Positions 10,536 through 21,351 of a stretch of 23,540 nt of DNA are shown in pieces. How positions within the stretch are numbered: the stretch's first letter is position 1; every line of letters starts with the position of its first letter. The stretch is from Tubiluchus corallicola (lineage: Eukaryota; Animalia; Priapulida): positions 1 to 23,540 of the forward strand of contig JAQGDQ010001842.1 of assembly GCA_030141605.1 (NCBI GenBank). The letters run 5' to 3'. Made by a program: the position numbers and the translations under genes. Below the pieces are notes generated by a model. That model made no database searches, was not told where the DNA came from, and saw only the letters and a program-made list of their open reading frames with translations.

Positions 10536-10761
10536 CAGCAAAGTTGTCTAATATTATCGTATTCACCAAGTATATTATATTATTTCTTTTTGTTAAAATG
10601 ATTTGCAAAGCGCACTGGTAGTTTGTAAAAAAGACGTGGACAACGGTAACCGCTGCCCACATCTACCGCTACAGTATTTCCATGGCATATACTGTACTGC
10701 GTTGTGAACAATGGGCAAACGTACAATCAACGAGCACGCGCGTCTTGTAGTCAATGCAACT

Positions 10762-10968
10762 AACATGCATGGGCGCTTCCATTTTAAACGGCAATTCTTC
10801 TTCCAACGACGTCATTTGTCTTGAAGAAAAGTCGCGCACTGGCAATATATAACAAGTTTTTACAAAAAAGTTGGGTAGCCATATTTTGTAATATTTTTGC
10901 GTGAACATTAGGTGAGCTGCGGAAGTTTGAATTAGTTTAAGCTCTGCGCGCTTACGGAAAGTCACGAA
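10762..10968 (+). repeat. Dispersed repeat, internal fragment of the TTAA|AGG element at 22116-22514
   Basis: Aligns by eye with 22250-22514 (ATTCTTCTTCCAAYGACGTCATTTGTC..GAACATTAGGT..CTTACGGAAA). Confidence 0.85.
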
Positions 10969-11142
10969 GTCTCCCCGTTGCGTCATGATTTTGAAGTGAA
11001 TGGCGGCAACCACCACGCCTGAAAAATTCTATTCAGGGGTAGTATATTTTAAATTTACGCTTTATATACAGTTCTACAGTCAGCCCAAATGCTCTTGGAG
11101 CTCATGTTAATTGCTCATCCAAAAATCCGACTTTAAATAAAG

Positions 11143-11532
<390 letters not shown>

Positions 11533-11675
11533 AGTGGTTTGAGGTAAACCATGAGATCCTAAAATACCCACGGGATACACTTGACTTCCCCGGGATTAAC
11601 AAGAAAACCTTTTAGAAAATTAAAAACCAACAGCATCATTATTTTCTATGTAACTACTTGACATTTCAGCTGGTT

Positions 11676-11751
11676 AATTGACTGTCAATATTTTAATTGA
11701 ATCCCCTGTTCTGATCCACGAATTGACTGTCAATGTTTTAATTGAGTCCCC
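11676..11751. repeat. 31-bp direct repeat with 45-bp period
   Basis: AATTGACTGTCAATRTTTTAATTGARTCCCC at 11676 and 11721. Confidence 0.85.
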
Positions 11752-12027
11752 AGCCACCACGGTCACTTGATTCCATTCAGACTCACTATTGCTGACACGA
11801 GTCCATAATTACTAATGGACAGGAGGAAGCCTATACCACCATAATTGCTCGGCTTAATTAGATTCAGACTCCGTGGAAGCGTGAAAGACTGCTTGTTAGA
11901 ACTGCTCATCAATTGATGTTTATAATGGCATGGAGGTTCTGAATGGTGTATTAATGAACGAAACGAGTCAAGTGTCAGTAGCTATTATATGGGCATGAGA
12001 AGTGAGTCTGTAGAAGCTTTCTGACTT

Positions 12028-12598
12028 GATAGCTGAACGAAATTTGGCACTCGCTACTTCCACAGTAACAGCCATCGTTCCAAGCCACATACTGCAACGC
12101 TGTTGATAGTTGAACGAATCTTGACACTGGCTATTTCCATGGTAACTGCTACCATTCCAAGCCATGTACTGCATGCTGTTGACTGGCTACTTCCATGGTA
12201 ACTGCCACCATTCCAAGTCACGTACTGCAACACTGTTGACTGGCTACTCCCATGGTAACTGCCACCATTCCAAGTCACGTACTGCAACACTGTTGACTGG
12301 CTACTTGCACGGTAACTGCCACCATTCCAAGTCACGTACTGCAACACTGTTGACTGGCTACTCCCACGGTAACTGCCACCATTCCAAGTCATGTACTGCA
12401 ACACTGTTGACTGGCTACTCCCACGGTAACTGCCACCATTCCAAGTCACGTACTGCAACACTGTTGACTGGCTACTTGCACGGTAACTGCCACCATTCCA
12501 AGTCACGTACTGCAACGCTGTTGATAGCTGAACGAATCTTGGCACTGGCTACTTCCACGGTAACTGCCACCGTTCCAAGCCACGTACTGCAACACTGC
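12028..12598. repeat. Minisatellite with 57-bp core units flanked by 77-bp units
   Basis: Period 57 (12184, 12241, 12298...). Outer units carry an extra ~20-bp segment ATAGCTGAACGAATCTTGGC. Confidence 0.93.
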
Positions 12599-12624
12599 GA
12601 AAAAAATTCCAACCACTGACTCCC

Positions 12625-12975
12625 TTGTTAAGCTACAAGAAAAATCATGGCACAGCTATGTGCATATACATTTTTAAAGAAATAATAAACTTATATAAAT
12701 CTAAGAATAGTTGTACACACATATGTTTTATAGATATCTCAAAGGCGTTCAGTCGAGAGAATTTCTACCAATTATTTGATAAACTCATCAGAACTATTAA
12801 ACTGCCTGTCATTATTGTAAGGCCATTCTATTACTGGTATATAAAACAGTATATGGCTGTGAGATTAGGTGAACTTATCTCACCATTCTTTTCGGTATCA
12901 AATGGACTCAGGCAAGGAAGTGTTCTCCTCCCACAACTTTGTAATAAGCTTTATTTATGAACTGAGTGTAAATTT
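12625..12975 (+). pseudogene. Non-LTR retrotransposon reverse transcriptase fragment (RTE/RTE-X-like)
   Basis: Motifs YKKNHGT, CFIDISKAF, LFDKL, SPFFSVSNGLRQGSVL; truncated before the YADD motif. Confidence 0.85.
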
Positions 12976-13314
12976 AACTACGAGGAGGGTTTATATGGAA
13001 GAAAATCCAAGATAAAAGTTTCAATTAAAAACGCCGTTTTGTCCCCTAAATTGGCCCAAATATTCCATTGTTTTTTGTTGAAGGTTATGAATGTTTTGAT
13101 CCTGACGAAGCCATTTTTTGCAAAACTATTGCTCGAAAAAAACGCGAGTCTTTTCATATGAAAAGTTTACCTTTCGTAGCCAAAATTTTTCAGCTCTTTG
13201 TTCAACGTATTTAATAAGTTAGCTTTTCTCTCTACTTGAGTCACCAGTGAAGATGCTACAATTGTTTAAAGAAAAAGCGGTTGATTGTGTAGACATTAGT
13301 TCAAAATGAAGTAT

Positions 13315-13641
13315 TGTTGTGTTTTGTTTCTCATGGAAGGTTCGTAGAGAAAACCAGAAAACACGTCGTCAAATTAAACTAGTTTATTATGTGCGAATTG
13401 TACAACACAAATGTTTACAGTAAATGTGATAATCTGGAAACATGAAAGCGAATCTGAGAATCTGAGAATACCAGGATTCAAGAGAACGTGAGAGAATAAA
13501 CTTCAGCGGCCAGCTCCGCCTTATATATCAGTGCCAGGGAACAATCTAGAAATAGAAACTTCTACAAGGTAAGAAGATTGTTCTACTATGCTGTAGATCA
13601 TTCTACAATATTCTATTTAATTCTAGTTTATTACCACAACA
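13315..13641 (-). mobile_element. Solo LTR (327 bp), related to 158-502
   Basis: Minus strand begins TGTTGTGG and ends GAAACAAAACACAACA; the last ~55 nt closely match the first LTR. TATATAAGG and AATAAA present. 5-bp TSD AGTAT/ATTAT with one mismatch. Confidence 0.82.
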
Positions 13642-14075
13642 ATTATGCTCTAAAATATTGAAAACACCAACTTTTCTTAATTCAAATCGATTTTTGCAAT
13701 TATTTCATTATAATGTCCAAATAAAGTCTATACAATGTTATTAACAGCGTGAAAGAGTTTACACTTAAGTCTGTGAATACAAAATCCATTTCCAGCTTTA
13801 ATATCATGGCCTAAATAAGTGACTATTTTTTCCACTTTTTACAGAAATAAATTTCAGTGAGTCAGATTATATTTTGGCGTCAGTCTAATTACACGTAATT
13901 TTCATTCGTTATTTGCGTGCACACGTTTGCAATAATTATTTATTTATATTATTTACAGCACCTAGTTGTAAAGTTATATGGCCGGGCTTAATCAACTAAT
14001 TACGTTTGCTCAATAATGTATTTTTGTATAAAACCTGTTTTGTTTTACGACGATGCTTTGGATTTCGGGTGAATA

Positions 14076-14110
14076 TACAGGGTGTCTATAAAGTCGCTTT
14101 ACAGTTTTAA
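14076..14110 (+). mobile_element. Possible Tc1/mariner-type terminus (TA|CAGGGTGTC)
   Basis: TA followed by CAGGGTGTC is a common mariner/MITE TIR start, but no partner TIR was found. Confidence 0.3.
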
Positions 14111-15301
14111 GAATTTAGAGAACTGTGATTAGCATAATTATGAATTGCATAGCGTTCGTTTGTGACGTCAATGTGACGTAGAGCTCATTTTTGTGACATC
14201 GCATCAGCGTCTTATAGCAATTTTCCAATCAGGCAAACGTGCCTGACGCGCAGGGAACATGCCTACCATTGCACAAGCTGTGGTTAGTTTGTGACGTAAG
14301 CGACAGCTGTATTCAGTTGCCGTCAATTAACTTTCCAAGCTAATTATTCAAATACGATAAACAATTGCTAACTTATATAGGCAAGAAAATGTATATTTTG
14401 GACAGTAAATTAAAATGGGATTGAGTCTAAACAATCGTCATCTTTTCCTTTGAGTAAAACTCACCAAGTCACATTTTTCATTGTTCTCTTGTGTCTGTAG
14501 TTTCAGAGATAACCTCCAAAGAGTAATGCATGGTTTGAGAATAAGTTATCAATTGTCAATTGTTGAAGTTTTTGCCCAATTATCTACATAAGACGATAAG
14601 AGCTATAAGGCTATATGGCTACAAGAGTTTTAAGAGTTTCAGTTTTACAAGATGTAGTGTATACACTCAAACCAAAGTTGTGTTCCCACATCTATGTTAG
14701 TTTATTCTGCAAAAAGTACAAATTTTCTGTAGTCCACCATTACTACATCTACAAAACTACTGAAATAAGTGCTCCAGATTACTACGTTACACCAAAAAAG
14801 CTAAAATGCATACATACATTGTTGGCACAATATTGAGTCAAGAAAAAGCCAGAATGTCAGTAAAAGGTAGCAGTATAATTATAAGTCAAATTTTAAATGT
14901 AACAAAGACGTGTGTACATAACAAGTTCCACCTATACATTGTCAGAGTAGAAAAAGTAGTCTAGCTTATTGAACTACAGTCTAATATATTGTGGCTTCTA
15001 ATGTATATACTACCTTGGGAAGGGGTAATGGACCAAAACATTTGTACCTGCAACAAGATAGTTTAAAGTTCAAATCCTTGTAGCTGAAAAAAAGATTTTA
15101 CAAAATCTACAATTTACCTGGAAAACCTGGAAACCTGGGCAGGTGTTGTTACTGTTTTCCTTATAAAGTGGGTAGAAACATAAATGACAATTTCGTGTCA
15201 TTTACAGCTATGAGAAAACCTGAAGGCCTGATGACACAACAATAAATTTACACTAGTACACTGTCTCTAAATGTTTGAACTACGTTTTTGAAATAAGATT
15301 T

Positions 15302-15375
15302 TCAGTCAGCCAGTCAGTCAGTCAGTCATTCAGTCAGTCAGTCGGTCGGTCGGTCGGTCGGTCGGTCAGTCAGTT
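15302..15375. repeat. (CAGT)n/(CGGT)n tetranucleotide microsatellite
   Basis: Directly visible. Confidence 0.95.
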
Positions 15376-15753
15376 ACTCCGTCAATAGAATCTAACGATT
15401 TGTAAGCTCCGTATAAACACAAAGTTATATGAATTCTATATTTTAACCACTTAAAGGAAAAGTCAACAAAATATTACAATACTGGACAACCCGTCCGAAC
15501 ATTATTTACTCACGTCAACAGCTTGTTTATAGTTTTTTTATATTTTTCATTAGTATTGAAGAACAATTGCATAAAAAAGAGAATAGAGATTTTTTTCAAT
15601 TTAGTGCAAAATTAACTATTACAATTATTAACACTATTTATTACGTACACTGGATGGAGCAAAAAACCGTTTTTCTGATTAAAAAAACACAAAAGGTTTC
15701 TCCGTGAGTGACGTCATTTCCTGCAGGCTTTTGGCCCTCGAGTCGAAGATTAA

Positions 15754-15892
15754 TTTATGTTGCTGGGAGATACGTGTCAGGCTGTAACGATTTCCTTTCC
15801 TCTTATAAGTGATAAAGTGCTTTATTTGTGTTTTTCATTAGGAAAGAAAAATCAATGATATTAAATACAATAGCAGGCGATGGAAAATGTTA
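15754..15892 (+). repeat. About 140-bp direct repeat, copy A
   Basis: Matches 16497-16633 (TGTTGCTGGGAGA...TTTCCTCTTATAAGTGATAAAGTGC...TACAATAGCAGGC..TGGAAAAYGTTA). Confidence 0.9.
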
Positions 15893-15893
15893 C

Positions 15894-16495
15894 AGCAAAA
15901 CCAGATCCAATCTTAAACTGTAGGTCAAAACAATCTGCTCTTTAAAATATTGAGAGGAAACATACTTTTTTCAGAAATGACTTACGTGAAAGAATCTTTA
16001 CCACACAAACACAATTTCGCGTTCGGGCCACTCGTTCTTCGCTGTCATTTCGCCATTCGCTAGTTAGTCAGACATTTCAGAAATGCTTTGCACAAAAAAC
16101 AGGTGTTGTACTTCTCAGTTCGGATGTGTTAGTTTGTGACGAACTACTCACGTTCGACAGCTCATGCATCACCACGGCGGTGAATTTGAAATTTGAATTT
16201 TTATCTTAAAACTTGCCTAGTTTTAGTATAACACACTGAAAATCTTACAGTAGCACTGAACTTCAATTTTTGCTTTCACAAACACGTGCAACACGCTCGT
16301 GGAATATTTTTGCTGTTGAAAATTATGTTAGTTTGTGATGTCATCAATAGTTAGCCTCGCCGCCGTTTATTAAGTTTTTATTCTATTATTTAACTGTCAT
16401 AAACGCTTTTGCAGTAATAATTGGATTAAAATCTAAACTTTTTATCAGACTTGAAAATGGGGTAGTATATGAAAAATCATCCTGTCTTCCTTTAA
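15894..16495 (+). mobile_element. Kolobok-like non-autonomous DNA transposon arm, copy 1
   Basis: About 600 bp shared with 19099-19712 (direct) and 17533-17853 (inverted); ends CCTGTCTTCCT|TTAA. Confidence 0.65.
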
Positions 16496-16496
16496 T

Positions 16497-16633
16497 TTTT
16501 GTTGCTGGGAGACACTCGAAAGCCATAACGATTTTCTTTCCTCTTATAAGTGATAAAGTGCTTTATTTATGTTTTTCATTAGGAAAGAAAAATCGATGAG
16601 ATTAAATACAATAGCAGGCATTGGAAAACGTTA
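16497..16633 (+). repeat. About 140-bp direct repeat, copy B
   Basis: Matches 15754-15892. Confidence 0.9.
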
Positions 16634-16716
16634 ACTCAGTGTAACTCATTGAAAAACCGACTGACTTACCTACAGGGGGACACGCTACGTATAAGTTTCT
16701 TGCTTGGATAATGGAG

Positions 16717-17265
16717 TTGGTTGGCAACCCTTCTGTCCCGGAAGACATGGAGTGTGCGCAAAGAGAGTCAGTTATTGATCACATTGATGGAGCTGCAGCG
16801 TCGACTGTGGCTGAGCAATCCGATCCTTGAACGTCTCCAGGACTCACGCCTGGGCAAGGTGTATGGAGATCCTGAGTTGCCCAAACAACAGAAACCCCCT
16901 CTCTTCCTCCCTCGTGTAGTTCAAAGGAAAGCGGAGGGATACGTTTGGCACCAGGTTGGCTGCAGGAGCTGCCGGAATCAGTGAGCATGCTGCACTGGTC
17001 CGCCTTCGGGGCTCCAGTCCTGATTTGGAAGGTTTATTCCTCTACACATGGCTGTTAGGTCACTTGACCTCCTCCGCCCTCTAGCCATTGGCTGCTTGTG
17101 CAATTCGTCCGCCTAGTGTCGAGATACAGTGTGGGTGGGCATCCCGCAAGCCTACAGCACCTGGTATTCCTAGACGGTCACCCATCCAAGTACTAACCAG
17201 GCTCTACGTTGCTTAACTTCGGTGATCACACGAGAACCGGTGTTTTCAACGGTGATTGGCCGTAG
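16717..17265 (-). mobile_element. Full-length 5S rRNA-derived SINE (SINE3 class) with RTE-LINE-derived tail
   Basis: Perfect 12-bp TSD TGGATAATGGAG at 16705-16716 and 17266-17277. 5S head with no poly-T terminator. Tail encodes RSRIGLLSHSRRC..stop (16833-16768), the RTE ORF C-terminal motif, and ends in CCAACCAA. Confidence 0.9.
17148..17265 (-). rRNA. 5S: 5S rRNA-derived sequence (SINE head, probably not a functional 5S gene)
   Basis: Reverse complement CTACGGCCAATCACCGTTGAAAACACCGGTTCTCGT..GATCACCGAAGTTAAGCAACGT..GGTTAGTACTTGGATGGGTGACCG..GAATACCAGGTGCTGTAGGCTT is near-complete metazoan 5S with boxes A and C intact. Confidence 0.93.
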
Positions 17266-17532
17266 TGGATAATGGAGAAACCCTCGCGAACTGGAAAGAT
17301 TTCATGAAATTTTGCTCCTCTCGCAGCAGCCCGTACGTCGTGATCACCACGATCATCAATATTCAGAATTCGCATCAATATTGTAAAAGCAATTTAGCAG
17401 GCAATGGAGTGGGTCTATTGTAAAGAGGGAGGCGAGTTGGAAATGAGTTCGACTCGTTGAACGAGAAAGCAGAAGTACGGGAAGTATATCGCAATATTCG
17501 AATTGCCTTCGTAAGCATTCAGGATAGGGAAG

Positions 17533-17853
17533 TTTAAGGAAGACAGGATGATTTTTCACACACTATCCCATATACAAGTCCGATAAAAAGTTTACATTTT
17601 AACACAATTCATATTGCAAAAGCGTTTCTGATAATTAAATAATAGATTAACATCTTAATTAACATCGGGTGAACACAACTATTGATGACATCACAAACTA
17701 ACATAATTTTCAACAGCAATAATATTCCACGAGCGTGTTGCACGTATTTGCGAAAGAGAAAATTAAATAACAATGCTACTGTAAGATATTCAGTGTGTTG
17801 TACTAAAACTAGACAAGTTTTAAGATAAAAATTCAAATTTCAAATTCACCGCC
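17533..17853 (-). mobile_element. Kolobok-like arm, copy 2 (inverted, truncated)
   Basis: Reverse complement of ~16176-16495; begins TTTA|AGGAAGACAGGATGATTTT. Confidence 0.7.
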
Positions 17854-17889
17854 ATGAGCTGTCTCAATTACTATGACAACTGAAACCGA

Positions 17890-17942
17890 CTAGCAGTCGT
17901 CCATTCATTTACTAACGAATCCCGTGTTGCTTAACTTCAGTG
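17890..17942 (-). pseudogene. Degenerate 5S internal-promoter fragment
   Basis: CCATTCATTTACTAAC..GTTGCTTAACTTCAGTG aligns with CCATCCAAGTACTAAC..GTTGCTTAACTTCGGTG of the 5S head. Confidence 0.6.
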
Positions 17943-18340
17943 GCATGCAAACGGTAGAAAATGCAATTGACTTAACAAAGATTAATGAAGAAATACAGCA
18001 GAAATGAAAGTCATTGCAGTTTTTATGACCGTTGCCGTTACCTCAGGATTAACGGCAACTTTGCTTCAATTTCTTTCTAGAAAATCAGGTATTAACAAAA
18101 AAGAGGATTTCTCAGGCGCATTCAGCGAGCCCTAAGCTCTCTAAATTTAGCTCCTTTCATTACTGAACGCGGTCAAGTTGAGCCGCTTATTTTTAGTCGT
18201 TGACAAAGAGTTAAAGCTGGTAATTTACAGTGAGAGGAGGAGAGGAGACTAAGAAGTGCTTTAGTTAATCCACGAGTCTTGCCTGCTTGTTGTGATAAGA
18301 CCAGACAATTGACTGAACGAGTGAAATATCTATAGAAGAA

Positions 18341-18986
18341 CAAAGTTAGAGGCGCCATAGATTACGATTACTCTTAGAATGAACGGGGGGGAGGCAAAGT
18401 TAGAGGCGTCATAGATTACGATTACTCTTAGAATGAATGGGGGGAGGGGGGGGGGGTCAAAGCTAGAGGCGTCATGGATTACGATTACTCTTAGAATGAA
18501 CGGGGGGGAGGCAAAGTTAGAGGCGTCATAGATTACGATTACTCTTAGAATGAACGGGGGGGAGGCAAAGTTAGAGGCGGTATAAGTTACGATTACTCTT
18601 AGAATGAATGGGGGGGAGGCAAAGTTAGAGGCGTCTTGGATTACGATTACTCTTAGAATGAATGGGGAGAGGCAAAGTTAGAGGCGGTATAAGTTACGAT
18701 TACTCTTAGAATGAATGGGGGGAGGCAAACTTAGAGGCAGCATAGATTACGATTACTCTTAGAATGAATGGGGAGGGGGCAAAGTTAGAGGCACCATAGA
18801 TTACGATTACTCTTAGAATGAATGGGGGGAGGCAAAGTTAGAGGCACCATAGATTACGATTACTCTTAGAATGAATGAACGGGGGGGAGGCAAAGTTAGA
18901 GGCGCCATAGATTACGATTACTCTTAGAATGAATGGGGGGAGGCAAAGTTAGAGGCGCCATAGATTACGATTACTCTTAGAATGAA
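18341..18986. repeat. About 54-bp G-tract minisatellite, 12 copies
   Basis: Unit CAAAGTTAGAGGCGCCATAGATTACGATTACTCTTAGAATGAAYGGGGGGGAGG with variable G-run length. Confidence 0.96.
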
Positions 18987-19098
18987 TAGATGGGGGTGGG
19001 GGTGGGTGGTGTTGGCTGATGTGGCTAAAACTGAGTAAAACTGTGTTCAGACTGTGTACTGAGTATTTAAGGATACAATTTTTAGCAATTTGCATTAA

Positions 19099-19712
19099 AG
19101 CAAAACCGGACCTAATCTTAAACTGTAGGTCAAAACAATCTACTCTTTTAAATATTGAACACAAACATACTATTTTTTCAAAAATGACTTACGTGAAAGA
19201 ATTATTACCACACAAACACAATTTCACGTTCCCGCCACTAGTTCTTCGCTGTATTTTGCCATTCGTTAGTCAGGCGGGCACTAGCGCGTGCATTTGGAAA
19301 ATGCTTTGCACAAAAAACAGGTGCTGTACCTCTCAGTTCAGATATGTAAGTTCGTGACGAACTGCACACATTCAACAGCTCATACGTGAATACAGGGGTA
19401 AACTTGAAATTTGAATTTTTATTTTAAGCTTGTCTAGTTTTAGTACAACACACGTAATATCTTACAGTAGCACTGTACTTCAATTTCTTTTTCACAAACA
19501 CGTGCAACACGTTCGTAAAATATTTTTGCTGTTGAAAATTATGTTCGTTTGTGATGTCATCAAGAGTTGGGCTCGTCTGCCGTTAATTAAGATTTTAACT
19601 TATTATTTAATTATCAGAAACTCTTTTACGGTCTTAATTGTGTTAAAATGTAAACTATTTATCAGACTTGAAAATGGGGTAGTGTGTGCAAAATCATCCT
19701 GTCTTCTATTAA
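19099..19712 (+). mobile_element. Kolobok-like arm, copy 3
   Basis: Direct match to 15894-16495; ends ATCATCCTGTCTTCTA|TTAA. Confidence 0.7.
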
Positions 19713-20063
19713 GTGGCGTTTATGTAGCATCCGGTGGGAATGCGCATGCGTTGTCTGATACACTTAACCTTTGACCTTTTCACGATCATCATCAATCACT
19801 GGAACTGTGAAAAGGTTTATTGAAAATTGAAACTGGATTCTTCCCAAACAATGCATGTTCTAAATTTCTAGCAAAAATAATTTCCATGGAAACCTGATAC
19901 ACACTCGCTTCCGTGCGAGACTTCATTTTATTTGCACGTGAAATTAAATTGTGGAATTAAGTGACAAATTACAGAATTTACACGAGAACAACTGTCACGA
20001 ATCGTTGAAAAATAATGTTGATACTGTACCTACAGCAGAGATCATGTAGCTTGAAACTCATTT

Positions 20064-21228
20064 TACCTCATTAAGTCATCTGCTAGACTTCATTTTATTT
20101 GCCGATGATACTAACATATTCTATAGTCACACAAACTATGAATCAATGATAAATACTGTAAACCAAGAACTTGTACACCTCTCCACCTGGTTTAAAGCTA
20201 ATAAGTTATCACTGAATATTGAAAAAACCAAATTTAATGTATTCACGAATAAAAATAAAAGAATCCCTAGTAATCTTACAGTAAAAATCGATGAAGTCCC
20301 AATCAATCAAGTAAAATATATTAAGTTCTTAGGCATCAACATAGCTGAACACCTAACTTGGCAAGAACATCTTAGATTTATCGAAAGCAAAATCTCAAAA
20401 ATCATAGGTATTATATACAGAGTTAGACACATATTGCCTAACTCAGTACTTGTATTATTATATAATTCTCTTTTTTACCATATTTAAATAATTCGAACAT
20501 TATTTGGGGAAGCACATACACCAGTCGAGTGAAAAAAATTCATCTGATTCAGAAGAAAATAGTGCGAGCTATAACATTTGCCGGTTATCAGGACCATACA
20601 CCACCAATATTTAAAAGACTAAACTTTCTAAACATTTATGACATTAGTAAGTTCCAAACTGCCATTTTCATGTAGAAATTCTCTCATAAATTATTGACTC
20701 CCTTATTTACTGATTATTTTTGTTTGAATGCTGAGATACATAATTACGGCACACGTTATAGACTGAACTATCACTACATACAGTGCAACACTAATATTAG
20801 AAAACTTTCTATTAAATACAATGGCACTTACATACGGAATTCAATTGCTCCAGCTATTAAAAACGCCAACTCGCTGTCCATATTTAAAAACAATTATAAA
20901 TTAAACTTACTTGAAACATATAACTGATCACTCAATCATGATTTGTTGTTTTTCATTTTCAAAAACTTCCCCTCTAGTATAATAATATTTTTATTACTTC
21001 CCACCCGTATTTATATTTGTATATATTCTAATATTGTTTCTGTATATATTGTAATTTTTTCGTAACTAATTCTAGTGGCCTACCATAAGCTAGCTTCTTA
21101 GGTCTCTAGCGCAGAATTCATGAATTGTATCATATTTTTGTACTAACAAAAACTGATTATCGATGCACATGTAATGTATATGTATATGTTTATTGGGAAA
21201 TAAATCTATAAAATCTATATATATAGAA
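20064..21228 (+). mobile_element. 5'-truncated decayed LINE of the CR1/L2 group (Crack/Daphne-like)
   Basis: FILFADDTNIF, WFKANKLSLNIEKT, KFLGINI...LTW, YNSL and IHNYGTR motifs broken by stops and frameshifts. 3' UTR ends AATAAA plus TCTATA-like repeats. Possible TSD AAACTCATTT (20054-20063) / AAACTAATTT (21229-21238). Confidence 0.9.
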
Positions 21229-21351
21229 AAACTAATTTGCTACTTTTTGCCCAAGAAATCATACAAGAATACATTTAAACAGTGTTTATCAAACACATTA
21301 GATTTGTCATTACATGTTATGGTATAACTTTTAGCCAATTTTAGTACAAAC

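Noticed and set aside
12054-12619. 19-aa repeat ORFs on both strands
   Set aside because: The 57-bp unit is divisible by 3; the flanking 77-bp units break frame and there is no sign of codon-level constraint.
15014-15047. Possible 34-nt minus-strand exon (TTGCAG|...AAG|GTAGTA)
   Set aside because: Splice-like motifs only, with no recognisable peptide or supported neighbouring exons; RNA-seq would be needed.
15229-15250. Isolated CTGATGA here and at ~21669 as hammerhead cores
   Set aside because: No stem II closed by GAAA and no stem I.
17148-17265. Functional 5S rRNA gene
   Set aside because: Lacks the first two bases and a poly-T terminator, is not in a tandem array, and lies inside a TSD-flanked insert.
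16176-17853. Inverted arms as TIRs of a composite element carrying the SINE
   Set aside because: The TTAA termini face the enclosed interval, so the interval lies outside both arms.
18341-18986. CRISPR-like appearance of this and the other regular arrays
   Set aside because: No unique spacers, no cas genes, and a eukaryotic context.
19019-19774. ORFs of 112 and 114 aa, and the related 17609-17836 ORF
   Set aside because: They lie in the non-coding repeat arm; copy 1 has stops and indels in these frames and no transposase motifs are visible.
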